The notes: generated by a model from the letters alone, not told the origin. A stretch of DNA of 64,000 nt from Escherichia coli O127:H6 str. E2348/69 (GCF_000026545.1 NC_011601.1), one strand, 5' to 3'; counted from the first letter of the stretch, positions 1 through 9,497 are shown. Program-made: numbers and translations.

Positions 1-2079
1 CGCTTTATCCAGCGAACGGAACAGATCTTTATAATCGATAATATAGCCATACTCTTTATCCTCACCGTCCAGCCGGTTCACCCGACAAATCGCCTGAAAC
101 AGCGTATGGTCGGTCATGGTTTTATCAATGTAGAGATAGGTGGCGGACGGCGCGTCAAAGCCAGTCAGCAGCTTATCCACCACGATAAGCAGGCGCATTT
201 GCCCCGGCTCTTCAATAAAACGCTGTTTCACTTCCCGCTCGAACTCGGTAATGCGTGCGGCGGCCTTCTCTTCACTTTGTTCAAAATAGTCAGCCAACAT
301 TTTACGATAGGTGGCGTGTTTAGAGAGTTTCTCCGTTAACCCTTCGCCTGTTTCTTCGCCTTTGATGCTGGCGGCATCGGGGCGATAGCTGGTCACAATC
401 GCTACTTTTCCTGCCAGCTCGGTCTGGCTGAACATCTCGTAAACCTTGCAGGCTTGATAGATACTGCTGCATACCAGCATGGCGTTGCCGCGCCCGTCCA
501 TCAGGCGTGGACGGGTATCCATATCCAACAAAATGTCGTTAACGATCTGCTCCAGCCGCGACTTGCTGGAGAGCAGCTTCTGCATTGATCCCCACTTTTG
601 CTTAAGCTGGGTCCTAGCTAAATTCGACAAGCCGCGAGTCTTGGCTTCAAACCAGTCATCGACCTTTTTCTCTGATGTCAGATACTGGTCAATATCGCGC
701 GCCTCATAGCGCAGATCCAGCACCACACCGTCGGCCACCGCTTCATCAAATTTATAGGTATGGATATAAGGGCCGAACACCTCAACCGACTTCTTCTTAT
801 CTTTCTTCATCAGCGGTGTGCCGGTAAAACCGATAAACAGGGCATCCGGCAGAATGGCAGTCATGGCGTTATGCAGCTTGCCGGATTGTGTGCGGTGGCA
901 CTCATCCACAAAAACAAACAGATCGCCTTTGGCGCAGAATGTTTTCGTCAGGGACTGCTGTAATTCGGTGATAAAGGCGTCGGTAGCCGCATTGTCTTCA
1001 GCTTCGCTGCGACGACCAAATTTATGCACCAGCGAGCAAATAAGCCACGGGTTAGGATGATTGAGCGTTGCGATAAGATCGTTGCCGCTGGAGGTGCGAT
1101 AAATATCTTCATTCACGCCCATAAACACGCTTTCGATCTGTTCATCCAGTTCGGTGCGGTCAGTCACAATCAACACGCGGGAGTTTGGCACATTTTCACG
1201 GATCCACTTCGCCAGCCAGACCATCGTCAGGCTTTTACCCGATCCCTGTGTGTGCCAGATAATACCGCCTTCACGACGGGCAATATGTTGTTTAGCCGCC
1301 TCGACGCCGAAGAACTGATTATGGCGGCAGAGTTTTTTCACCCCGACATCAAAGGCAATGTAATTATGGACGATATCCAACAGCCTGGATTTGCTACACA
1401 GACGACTTAAATGAAAGTCGAGTTTATGTGTATAGTCGCCAGGATTATCTTCTTTCCACTCCAGATAGTATTTTTCCGGGGTTTCGATGGTGCCGTAGCG
1501 CAGGCCCTGCGTATCGTTGCCTGCCATCACTAACTGCATAGTGGTGAAGAAATCGCGGATAAAGGTTTTCTTTTGATTATCGAGATTCTGCCGGATGCCT
1601 TCGCTGACGTGTACTGACGAACGCTTAAGTTCAATCACGCCCAGCGCAATGCCGTTAACGTACAGCACCAGATCCGGGCGCTTGCAGTACTCGCCTTTGA
1701 CCGTCACCTCATCAGCGATGGCGAAATCATTGGCTTGTGGGTTGGCCCAGTCAATCAGCCACACGGTTTGGTTCTGCTCGCCTGCGCCTTCTTTGTCTTT
1801 CACGCCGTAACGCAGCAGGCGATAGACCTCTTTATTGGCGTAATAGAGTTTTTTGCCTTCGCCCAGAGCGGCGGCGGAATCCAGTTGCCGCAACGCCCGG
1901 GTGATCAACGTATCATTAACGCCGCGCCGTTTTAGCCACGCGCTCAGTATATTAGTGTCGATGTTGCTGTTCCCGGTGTACCCGGTGCGGTGACTCAGAT
2001 GGCGGTAACCTAAATCTTCAACAAAAAACTGAATCAGACGCTGCTGTGTGGCGCGTTCGCGCTGGCCCACGGTACTCAA
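1..2079 (-). CDS. hsdR: Type I restriction enzyme R subunit (HsdR); the C-terminal part runs off the left edge of the window
   Basis: Absent from the ORF track because it is open at the window edge. My minus-strand translation from TTG at 2079 (AGGAG at 2086-2090, 6 nt upstream) gives LSTVGQRERATQQRLIQFFVEDLGYRHL... It has a helicase Walker A (HTQGSGKSLTMVWLA), a DEAD-like box (FVFVDECHRTQSG) and LLTGFDAP. It lies 18 nt downstream of darG in the same operon as hsdM/hsdS. Confidence 0.9.
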   Translation of the reverse strand, partial: MSTVGQRERATQQRLIQFFVEDLGYRHLSHRTGYTGNSNIDTNILSAWLKRRGVNDTLITRALRQLDSAAALGEGKKLYYANKEVYRLLRYGVKDKEGAGEQNQTVWLIDWANPQANDFAIADEVTVKGEYCKRPDLVLYVNGIALGVIELKRSSVHVSEGIRQNLDNQKKTFIRDFFTTMQLVMAGNDTQGLRYGTIETPEKYYLEWKEDNPGDYTHKLDFHLSRLCSKSRLLDIVHNYIAFDVGVKKLCRHNQFFGVEAAKQHIARREGGIIWHTQGSGKSLTMVWLAKWIRENVPNSRVLIVTDRTELDEQIESVFMGVNEDIYRTSSGNDLIATLNHPNPWLICSLVHKFGRRSEAEDNAATDAFITELQQSLTKTFCAKGDLFVFVDECHRTQSGKLHNAMTAILPDALFIGFTGTPLMKKDKKKSVEVFGPYIHTYKFDEAVADGVVLDLRYEARDIDQYLTSEKKVDDWFEAKTRGLSNLARTQLKQKWGSMQKLLSSKSRLEQIVNDILLDMDTRPRLMDGRGNAMLVCSSIYQACKVYEMFSQTELAGKVAIVTSYRPDAASIKGEETGEGLTEKLSKHATYRKMLADYFEQSEEKAAARITEFEREVKQRFIEEPGQMRLLIVVDKLLTGFDAPSATYLYIDKTMTDHTLFQAICRVNRLDGEDKEYGYIIDYKDLFRSLDKA

Positions 2080-2097
2080 AAGGCGCTCCTTAAACCC

Positions 2098-3177
2098 TCA
2101 GCAATGGAACTCCATTACGCGGTTAATGGCAAATTGCAGATTATTATTATCAAACAGCCTCAACTTACGGCTGGCCCAGCGTTCGCCCGCAGGCCACTGG
2201 TGCAGCCCTTCCTTAACGGAGTCCAGCGTTGGTTGACATTCGCCACGGCTCAGCAACCAGTCTACGGTTGCCAGCAACTCCAGACCAAACGGCGATTCAA
2301 AGCCGTCAATTAACTGGCTGACCTGCTCCAGCGCAGGTAGCCACTCTCTGGCTTCGTTGTTCAGATACGCATTAACGTGTTCTTTTTTCTGATCGTTAAA
2401 CCAGATCACATCCAGCGGTTGGCTGTCCGGGATGCGTTTCTCGGCTTTAAGATAGGTGCCGTCCAGCGCATTAAGCAGATGGTTCAGATTGGGCGCATAG
2501 GGGCCATAATAGTGAGCTTCAAACCGCAGTTTGAGGATATCGTCCTGTTGATGCTGCTCAATGGCGCGTTGTAACAGCCAGGCCAGTTTCTGGATTTCCA
2601 GTAGGCTGCACTCCATCCCCAATACCCAGTAGCGACGCACCAGTTCAGCGATGGCGGCTCTGGCGGGAGTGAGCTTTTTTACGCCAGTGCTTTTGGCAAC
2701 GTTCTGGTATTTTTCAGTCGGTTGGTAAATCAGGATATCAACGTCCTGAAGGTCGCCAAGGGCAGATTCAATCTGCGCCCGAACGTCCGGCCAGTTCAAA
2801 CCACCGTTGCCTGCGCCCAGTGGTGGAATGGCGATGGACTGCACGTTCTCTTCAATCAAAAAGCGGCGTAAGTCCTGCAAGCCATCTTCAATCCACTCCA
2901 TGCGGGAATCAGCGCGCCAGTGCTGTTTGGTCGGAAAATTAACAATCCAGCGCGGTCCCATCAGTTCCCCGGTTTCGGTAATGAACATTTTGCCGGTGAT
3001 CACCTGCTTTTGTTTGCAGGCGAGGGCATAGACTTTCATATTTTCGGGGAAGCGCTCTTTAAACATCAACGCGATGCCTTTCCCCATGACACCGACGGTA
3101 TTAACCGTATTCACCAGAGCTTCCACCGGTGCGTCCAGTAAATTGCCTTGTGTATATGTGATCATGAGAAGTACCAT
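2098..3177 (-). CDS. darG: DarG antitoxin: N-terminal macrodomain (ADP-ribosyl-DNA glycohydrolase) plus a C-terminal DarT-binding domain
   Basis: 359-aa ORF. Macrodomain pattern: [34 protein letters not shown] ... [14 protein letters not shown], followed by a ~200-aa second domain. It overlaps the darT stop. The ATG at 3165 gives a 4-nt ATGA overlap and a typical [10 protein letters not shown] start, so 3165 may be the true start. Confidence 0.85.
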
Positions 3178-3818
3178 CCAGACCGTGTGTGAACGGACAT
3201 TGTTAGATTACGCTGAAACAGCCATTGTTCTAATTGTAACCTGACCTCTTCGCTGTAACAAATTATCCCATCCAGCAGAGAGATCGGGCAGTGTTGCCAG
3301 ATTAGCGCCTCTGCCTGATAGCGTTCAAATTTAGCCGGATCGTCTGGATCGCGGCGAAAGTCCCGTGCCTGCAAAATGGGCCAGTCGATCTGGTCCAGAC
3401 TATTCAGACTGGTGTAGTAGTTGGTCCAGTTATAGTAAGCATGGCTGTCGGTAAACACGAAGGGCACGTCGTGTGCTGCCACGTTCCGCAAGTTGCTGAC
3501 CAGAATAACGATCTCCTCATTGGGGCGTCGCTTAATGCCGCCGCGCCCGCTGTGGATGTTCATCAGCATTGGCGAGAAGGGGGTAAAATAAAACGGCACA
3601 TAGTCATGCAGTGTCCCGCCCGTTCCGACAGGTACCGGATGCCCGGCACGCTTGCCGATCAGCTCCGGGTTGCCGATATTGATCCAGTTTTCCGCCTGCA
3701 CCAGACTGTTGCCGCAGTGCAGCCCGTTATCCAGAATCCACGGGATATTGTCCCGATGGACGATACGCCAGATCAGGGCTTTTTGCGGGTTGAGGCTGGC
3801 GCTGTAGTCATAGGCCAT
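3162..3818 (-). CDS. darT: DarT toxin (DUF4433 family ssDNA thymidine ADP-ribosyltransferase)
   Basis: 218-aa ORF. I recognise DUF4433/DarT-like blocks: [36 protein letters not shown], and [10 protein letters not shown] with an ARTT-like Glu. It is paired with and overlaps a macrodomain gene. Its start is 11 nt after the hsdS stop. Confidence 0.8.
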
Positions 3819-3829
3819 AGGTTTCCCTT

Positions 3830-5197
3830 CTATATTAAGCGGGTTTTCCCGGTTAACAACTCCTGCATCATCCCCTGTTTAAGCTGACGGGTTTTGTCCA
3901 GACGCTGTTGCAGGGTCTGAATTTCCTTGTCCATATCGGAGAGGATGGTGGCGATGGCGGTTTGTTCTTCTTTTGGCGGAAATGCAAGATGTAATTTCCT
4001 GATAATAGTAAGATTCAACCCACCACGCCCCCCATCACCAGTAGATAAACTTCTCAGTTCCTCATAACGACTGTCGAGGTTATAGAACAGGAATTCTGTG
4101 GAATGATGTTTGCTGGGGAAAATCGCAGCAATAGACTGATTAGTACATAATTCAATGCGATTAATTGCTACAGTCCCTCGAGTCTTTCCTTGTCCTGCCA
4201 ATCCGACTAATACAGAATTTTTAGGCACATACTTTGTACTGGAGTTAACAAGCCCTTCGTCGGTTATATAATCGGCTACAGCATACACCTGTTTTAGGTG
4301 TAATTCGCCGGAACTCATCCAAGGATGAGTTCCTCCCCAATATGCTGAAATTTTAGTACTCGGAGTTCCACCAGCACAGCAGTCAGTAAATTGTCCAATG
4401 CTTGTGACTACCCAATCTTCAGGAATCGCCCCCAACTCGCTCTTTTTATATCCCTTAGCAGAGCCATCTTTGCGCAACGCAAACTGTGGCAAACGGGTTT
4501 TACCAGTCAGTAGTTGCTGCATTGTGGCAGTTTTGATGGACTGTTTTTTTGAGAGTAATTTTTCTAGGGATAGAATCAAGCTATCAACATTGGTTAATAC
4601 ATTAGCAATAGCCTTTTGCTCTACGATATTTTTCGGTATAGATATGCATAACTTCTCTAAAACTGAACGTTTAATCCCTTGGGCCGTTGAACCAGTCGCG
4701 CTTTCAGAAATATATGATTGAAAACGCTCTGATAATAAGATTTGGAGTATTAGTGATGGAGAAAAATTCTCTCTATCTATTTGTAAAAGAATTGTTCTCT
4801 GGCTAAGAATATATTTTTTGTTATCAGGAATAGATGCTGCATTCCCCAGAGGGGCTTCCATTGTGAAAGCTATGTCCCCTTTTTGGGGATGACCGGATGT
4901 CATCCAGCGCTTATATAGTTCTTCGGAACCAAAGTAACATTCAGTAGATAAATCTATATATCCTTTTTTAACATTAGCAGCAGAAAGGGCAACGATATCC
5001 CCATCCCCCCAATCCATTCCAAGTTTTTTGGGAGTTCTGCCGCGATAATCAATTATGTTGGTTGTCAGGTTTAATATCGTGGATACAACCCAATCCTCAG
5101 GAATCATCTCCATCTCAGTCAGCTTATACCCCGCAGGCACACCTTTCCCCACCGTACCCGACCGTTGCTCATTCAGCATTAAATCCACCATCACCAC
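3830..5197 (-). CDS. hsdS: Type I R-M specificity subunit (HsdS) with two target-recognition domains
   Basis: 455 aa. It shows the classic duplicated architecture: IPEDWVV occurs twice and the conserved spacer LLTGKTRL occurs twice (central and C-terminal). The start region overlaps the hsdM stop (GTG at 5197, or ATG at 5191 overlapping the TGA). Confidence 0.9.
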   Translation of the reverse strand: MVMVDLMLNEQRSGTVGKGVPAGYKLTEMEMIPEDWVVSTILNLTTNIIDYRGRTPKKLGMDWGDGDIVALSAANVKKGYIDLSTECYFGSEELYKRWMTSGHPQKGDIAFTMEAPLGNAASIPDNKKYILSQRTILLQIDRENFSPSLILQILLSERFQSYISESATGSTAQGIKRSVLEKLCISIPKNIVEQKAIANVLTNVDSLILSLEKLLSKKQSIKTATMQQLLTGKTRLPQFALRKDGSAKGYKKSELGAIPEDWVVTSIGQFTDCCAGGTPSTKISAYWGGTHPWMSSGELHLKQVYAVADYITDEGLVNSSTKYVPKNSVLVGLAGQGKTRGTVAINRIELCTNQSIAAIFPSKHHSTEFLFYNLDSRYEELRSLSTGDGGRGGLNLTIIRKLHLAFPPKEEQTAIATILSDMDKEIQTLQQRLDKTRQLKQGMMQELLTGKTRLI

Positions 5198-7629
5198 TCC
5201 AGCCCCATCGCCCGCAAATGCCCGGCCACTTTCTCGCTCAACGCCTCAACGGCGGCTGCAAGTGCTGGCAACGGTTCAGCATAACGCTCTTCCAGCTCCT
5301 TTACGCGCGACGCCAGTTGCTGGGTAATACGCTCTATCTCCGCTTTGATCCCTGCCTGCAATGTTGCCAGCCACTTATCCTGCACTACCAGCGTTTTAAT
5401 CGCTGCTTCATCCAGCGTGGGATAATGTTTAAATACCGCTCGATCCAACGCTTTCTGTGCGGCTTTTAGCGCTTTTTTCGCACTGGCCTCGGCCTTAATC
5501 AGCGCCAGACAGCGGTTCAGCACTGCCAGCTCATCCGGGTCGGCAGGGGTTTTCTTCAACTGTGCCAGACGGGCATTCACCAGCTTTTGCGTCACCTTAT
5601 CTTTATCGTTTTTCGCCTCAGCCAGCAGATCCTCTTCCCCTGCCTGCTCCTCGATGAATTCCACTAGCTGACGACTGGCTTCTTCACTACGCTCCTGCGC
5701 GCGGTTCAGCGCATCCAGCAGTTCCGGGAAACAGCGAATTTCCACCAGCGAACGGGGCAGCACATCGGCCTTGTAGCGCCGTTTGGTAAACTCGAAATCG
5801 TGCGTTTCTTTCCAGATGTTTTTGCCATCTTTGCCTTTCACCGGCTGAAGCTCGCGGATTTGCGCGGCGGCTTGCCAGCCATCCTGCATAATCACATACA
5901 CATCGTCCTGCATGACATCAGCCCAGTAATCCATCAGGATCTGGTACACGCTGTATTTGTTCAGCAACTCACTGTTGGCGTACTGCGCCAATAGCATTTC
6001 GCTGATATCGTGGATTAGCGCTTTGGGTTTATCTCCTTTGCGGATCTCTTCCAGACCTGCCTCTTTTACCCACGACTTAAACGGTAGCAGGCTGCGGGTG
6101 GCAAAATCCTTAAACTCCTGATGAGCCAGAATGGTCGGTTTCACCTGCTGAGCGTCCACTTGCGCCCGGCAGTAACCGGGGTGGTCGTCAGCAAACAGCA
6201 CATTACGCAGGGCAGGGAATACCCGCCAATAATCCTTCAAAGCATCTACATCGCGCACTGGAATACCGCCTTGTAAGTGCGCGGTCAGATCGTGCAAATC
6301 TTCCGGCTCTCCACTCTCGATATAACGAGGAATATTCAGGTTGTAATCATTCCCGGCGATCTCGCTGGAGGGCACCATCCGGCTGTAGCCTGGCACCGTT
6401 CGCTGATGGTTGAACACGTCCACAATACGGTGAATATCTTGGCTACGCAGGCGGTTCTTGTTGCCATCTTTGATAAAGCCCCGACTGGCGTCGATCATAA
6501 AAATGCCTTTGCGGCTGTGGGCGTGCTCTTTATCAATCACAATGATGCACGCCGGGATGCCGGTGCCGTAAAACAGGTTGGCTGGCAAACCAATAACGCC
6601 TTTGATATAGCCCTGCTTGATTAGGTTTTCACGGATATTCGCTTCGGCGTTACCGCGAAACAGTACGCCGTGGGGCAGGATTACCGCGCCTTTGCCGGTA
6701 CTTTTCAGGCTTTTAATGATATGCAACAAAAAAGCATAATCGCCGTTTTTTTCCGGCGGAATACCCCAGCCGAAGCGTTCAAACGGATCTTTTTTTGGCG
6801 TCAGCCCGTTGGTCCAGTTTTTATTGGAAAAAGGCGGGTTCGCCACGGCAAAATCGAAGGCTTTCAGTTTGCCGTTCGCCTCTTTCCACTGCGGATCGCT
6901 CAGCGTATTGCCCTGCCAGATTTTCGCGGTGGCATTGTTATGCAGAATCATGTTCATCCGCGCCAGCGCACTGGTAGCGTTATCCATCTCTTGGCCGAAA
7001 ATCGACAGTCCGCGCCGGGCTTCATCATTCACTTTCAACAGCAGCGAACCAGAGCCACAGGTTGGGTCATAAACCGTTGCATCTCGCGGCGTATCGGGAG
7101 TAATACCAATCACCTTCGCCAGAATACGTGACACCTCCGCCGGAGTGTAAAACTGTCCTTTACTCTTGCCGGATTCGGTTGCGAAGTGACGCATCAGATA
7201 TTCATAGGCATCGCCCAGCAGATCGTCGCCTTCGACCCGGTTGCTGGAGAGATCTAACCCTTCAAAGATACCGACAAGCTTGCTCAGGCGGTCAATCATT
7301 TCCTTGCCTTTGCCGAGTTTATCTTCGTCGTTAAAGTCGGCTTCGTCGATGACGCCCTTCAGGCCGTTCTCTTCCGCCAGCTTGTGGATGATTTTGTTGA
7401 TTTTATCGCCGATCTCTTTGTCATTTTTCAGCGCAACCATATCGTCAAAGCTGGCTCCTTTGGGTATCACGATCATCCCGTAAGGATCGCCTTTATACTT
7501 ATCGGAAACGTACTTCATAAACAGCAGGGTCAGTACATAGTCTTTGTACTGGCTGGCGTCCATCCCGCCACGCAGTTCGTCGCAGCTTGCCCACAGGGAA
7601 GAATAGAGTTCGGTTTTTTTGATAGCCAT
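5191..7629 (-). CDS. hsdM: Type I R-M N6-adenine DNA methyltransferase subunit (HsdM) with a long C-terminal coiled-coil extension
   Basis: 812 aa. N-terminus is HsdM_N-like (MAIKKTELYSSLWASCDELRGG). AdoMet motif I is YDPTCGSGSLL and catalytic motif IV is VANPPFSNKNW. About 330 further residues follow YNLNIPRYIE and are rich in A/E/K/L heptad-like sequence. Confidence 0.9.
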   Translation of the reverse strand: MAIKKTELYSSLWASCDELRGGMDASQYKDYVLTLLFMKYVSDKYKGDPYGMIVIPKGASFDDMVALKNDKEIGDKINKIIHKLAEENGLKGVIDEADFNDEDKLGKGKEMIDRLSKLVGIFEGLDLSSNRVEGDDLLGDAYEYLMRHFATESGKSKGQFYTPAEVSRILAKVIGITPDTPRDATVYDPTCGSGSLLLKVNDEARRGLSIFGQEMDNATSALARMNMILHNNATAKIWQGNTLSDPQWKEANGKLKAFDFAVANPPFSNKNWTNGLTPKKDPFERFGWGIPPEKNGDYAFLLHIIKSLKSTGKGAVILPHGVLFRGNAEANIRENLIKQGYIKGVIGLPANLFYGTGIPACIIVIDKEHAHSRKGIFMIDASRGFIKDGNKNRLRSQDIHRIVDVFNHQRTVPGYSRMVPSSEIAGNDYNLNIPRYIESGEPEDLHDLTAHLQGGIPVRDVDALKDYWRVFPALRNVLFADDHPGYCRAQVDAQQVKPTILAHQEFKDFATRSLLPFKSWVKEAGLEEIRKGDKPKALIHDISEMLLAQYANSELLNKYSVYQILMDYWADVMQDDVYVIMQDGWQAAAQIRELQPVKGKDGKNIWKETHDFEFTKRRYKADVLPRSLVEIRCFPELLDALNRAQERSEEASRQLVEFIEEQAGEEDLLAEAKNDKDKVTQKLVNARLAQLKKTPADPDELAVLNRCLALIKAEASAKKALKAAQKALDRAVFKHYPTLDEAAIKTLVVQDKWLATLQAGIKAEIERITQQLASRVKELEERYAEPLPALAAAVEALSEKVAGHLRAMGLEW

Positions 7630-7668
7630 TAAATATCTCGTTTTGCGCGATAATGTGCCGTAAGTCGG

Positions 7669-7914
7669 TTACAGCAGATCGGTATTCAGACCGGCGGCCT
7701 TTAACCGACGGGTTAAGTTACGCATTTTGCTGAATTCGGTACCGAGGCTCTGGCTCAGACCAGTGCCTTCGCAAAAGGCTTTTGCCGTAATGTGTTCCAG
7801 TTTGTCGGCATATTTAATCATTTGCAGGTGCAGCTCGACGGTGTACTGGTTACGAGGCGCACTGGAAAGTGCCTGCCGGATATGGCGATAAATCTCGTCT
7901 TCATCCATATTCAT
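7669..7914 (-). CDS. Small hypothetical protein upstream of hsdM, possibly an HTH regulator; start uncertain
   Basis: The ORF track gives 7669..7983, but the first 23 codons translate the tandem repeat (LANLANLANL). MNMDEDEIYRHIRQAL from the ATG at 7914 looks like the real start. A possible helix-turn-helix is AKAFCEGTGLSQSLGTEFSKMRNL. It is co-oriented with hsdM and ends 39 nt upstream of it. Confidence 0.45.
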   Translation of the reverse strand: MNMDEDEIYRHIRQALSSAPRNQYTVELHLQMIKYADKLEHITAKAFCEGTGLSQSLGTEFSKMRNLTRRLKAAGLNTDLL

Positions 7915-7939
7915 GGTAACCACTGGTATAATGGATAAG

Positions 7940-7966
7940 TTAGCTAAATTAGCTAAATTAGCTAAA
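7940..7966. repeat. Three perfect tandem copies of TTAGCTAAA; each contains the 8-bp palindrome TTAGCTAA (candidate operator)
   Basis: Read directly: aagTTAGCTAAaTTAGCTAAaTTAGCTAAatg. Adjacent copies form 17-bp inverted repeats around a central A. The array lies just upstream (minus-strand sense) of the small ORF and the hsd operon. Confidence 0.8.
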
Positions 7967-9059
7967 TGTGGTATCAGGTTCAAGAACTACAGTGGGAGTC
8001 GGATTTGACTGCGCGATTTATGCACGTAAATGCCTTGTGGCGGATTAATGGCTGCAGTATCTTCTCCTTCCGCGCCTGCAAAATCAGGCGTCAGAATTAG
8101 CCTCCTGAAAACCGTTACAGGAGACTTCTCTATAGACTACAATCCTTGTCCCTGACTGCGATTTACTCGATCTATTGTTCGTTCCCTTATAATGCCACTA
8201 TAGATTTTACCGCCTTGGTCGACAACTGCGCCCGCTTTGCCGAATCCCTGATAGAAACCTAGGATCTTGCGCTGTAGCTTACCCTCTGCGGGCGATCTTG
8301 TACTGCTGCAACTCACGCAACACGACCTCATCCCGCCGCATCTTAACGAAAGCCTGCTCAGTGATACTCTCCCCACCATGCCAGAGCAGGTTATTTCTGA
8401 ACCTGATTCTTGTGCGAATATTGCCTCGTGCGGGCTGTGCATCATCGCCGCTCTTTGATAAGAGGCGTCAAAGGTAAGGGGCGTAGCGTTATTAGTTTGG
8501 GCTATACACTTGCGCTACAACTCTTCAAATAGCTATATATCAACAATATTTAGCCATAAACCGTCTACTTCCGTCTCAATTATACTCAAATTAAGGCATG
8601 CGGCATCTTTGTGACACATTTGTTTTTTTTATACAGGTTAGAGTTGACCTGCTCTCCGTTGATTAACTCACATTGTTGTTAACCACGTCTACTTTTAGCA
8701 CGACACTGATGCGTTAACTGAGCGAATGGTCTGCTTTGAGCGAGGAACGGACGTTCGCTTTCGGGTAACCTAACCCATATGCCAGAGGATCTCTAAGAGA
8801 TAATGGGTCGTTTAAGCGTGGCACTTACAGTATCAACGCCTCCGCACCCGACAACGTCTTGACTGCTGCAGATTCACTGAATAGACTGGTGACCTTTATC
8901 TTCATTTTGCGTGCAGCAAAATAAAGTTTTTGACTTACGAAAATCGTCGATTCGACTTAATTATACTAAGGGTTTTATGCTGACTTTTCATTGTGGGATA
9001 CACTAAATTAGTGAGATGAGAATTTATCTAACTGTCATTAACATAAGTAGGATTTAAAA

Positions 9060-9428
9060 ATGGCTAATAGCGAAATTGTTCCGTTTTCTGAAATTGTTAC
9101 AAGCAAAATAGACCTCAATCAAGCTGTAGCTCAAGGTCAAGAGATGACTGATACTCTTAAAAAAATGGGTATCAAAGAAGCGACATTTGATAGTGGAGCT
9201 TACTATAAACATGATCACGAATCGCAGACCACTACTCTTGCAGCTGATGGAATCTTGATGCGGCAGAGCCTCCACATTACAACAGTTATTTTCCGTAACG
9301 AAGGAAGTACTGAACAACAAGCTTTAGAGGAGCTTAATGCTGGTTCTCTGACACAAAAAACCTTAGGTGCATTCTCTGGAGTCTCTCAACAGAGAGCGTC
9401 TGAGCTACTCCAAATTGAAAAAGAATAA
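9060..9428 (+). CDS. Hypothetical protein (122 aa) with a possible C-terminal HTH
   Basis: ORF in a visibly AT-rich block. The C-terminus LTQKTLGAFSGVSQQRASELLQIE resembles an Xre-type HTH. I recognise no family. Confidence 0.45.
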   Translation: MANSEIVPFSEIVTSKIDLNQAVAQGQEMTDTLKKMGIKEATFDSGAYYKHDHESQTTTLAADGILMRQSLHITTVIFRNEGSTEQQALEELNAGSLTQKTLGAFSGVSQQRASELLQIEKE

Positions 9429-9441
9429 TTATAAATAGGTT

Positions 9442-9467
9442 AGTAACGGCAGTTTTCTGCCGTTACT
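9442..9467 (+). other. Perfect 11-bp stem / 4-nt loop hairpin between the two small ORFs
   Basis: agtaacggcag-tttt-ctgccgttact read directly. There is no clear U-tract, so a terminator role is uncertain. Confidence 0.5.
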
Positions 9468-9497
9468 AAGAGTATTTACTCAAAATTAGGGAGTATT

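Noticed and set aside
5800-7632. Numerous plus-strand ORFs (60-153 aa) inside the hsdM region, e.g. 6277..6624 and 6670..7131
   Set aside because: They lie antisense to a well-supported 812-aa methyltransferase gene, have no RBS, and have Arg/Gly/His-rich low-complexity composition typical of shadow frames.
7915-7983. N-terminal extension MNLIPHLANLANLANLSIIPVVT of the small ORF upstream of hsdM
   Set aside because: It is the translation of the tandem palindromic repeat. I judged the internal MNMDEDEIY start more plausible, but I cannot exclude the longer form (see the finding at 7914-7983).
8137-8458. Overlapping ORFs on both strands, and a third minus-strand frame reading ...NLLWHGGESITEQAFVKMRRDEVVLRELQQYKIARRG* that looks like the C-terminus of a real protein
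   Set aside because: The listed ORFs are Cys/Ser/Arg-rich with no RBS. The more protein-like frame has no start codon after an upstream TGA and is only ~60 codons long. It may be a gene remnant, but I cannot assign it.
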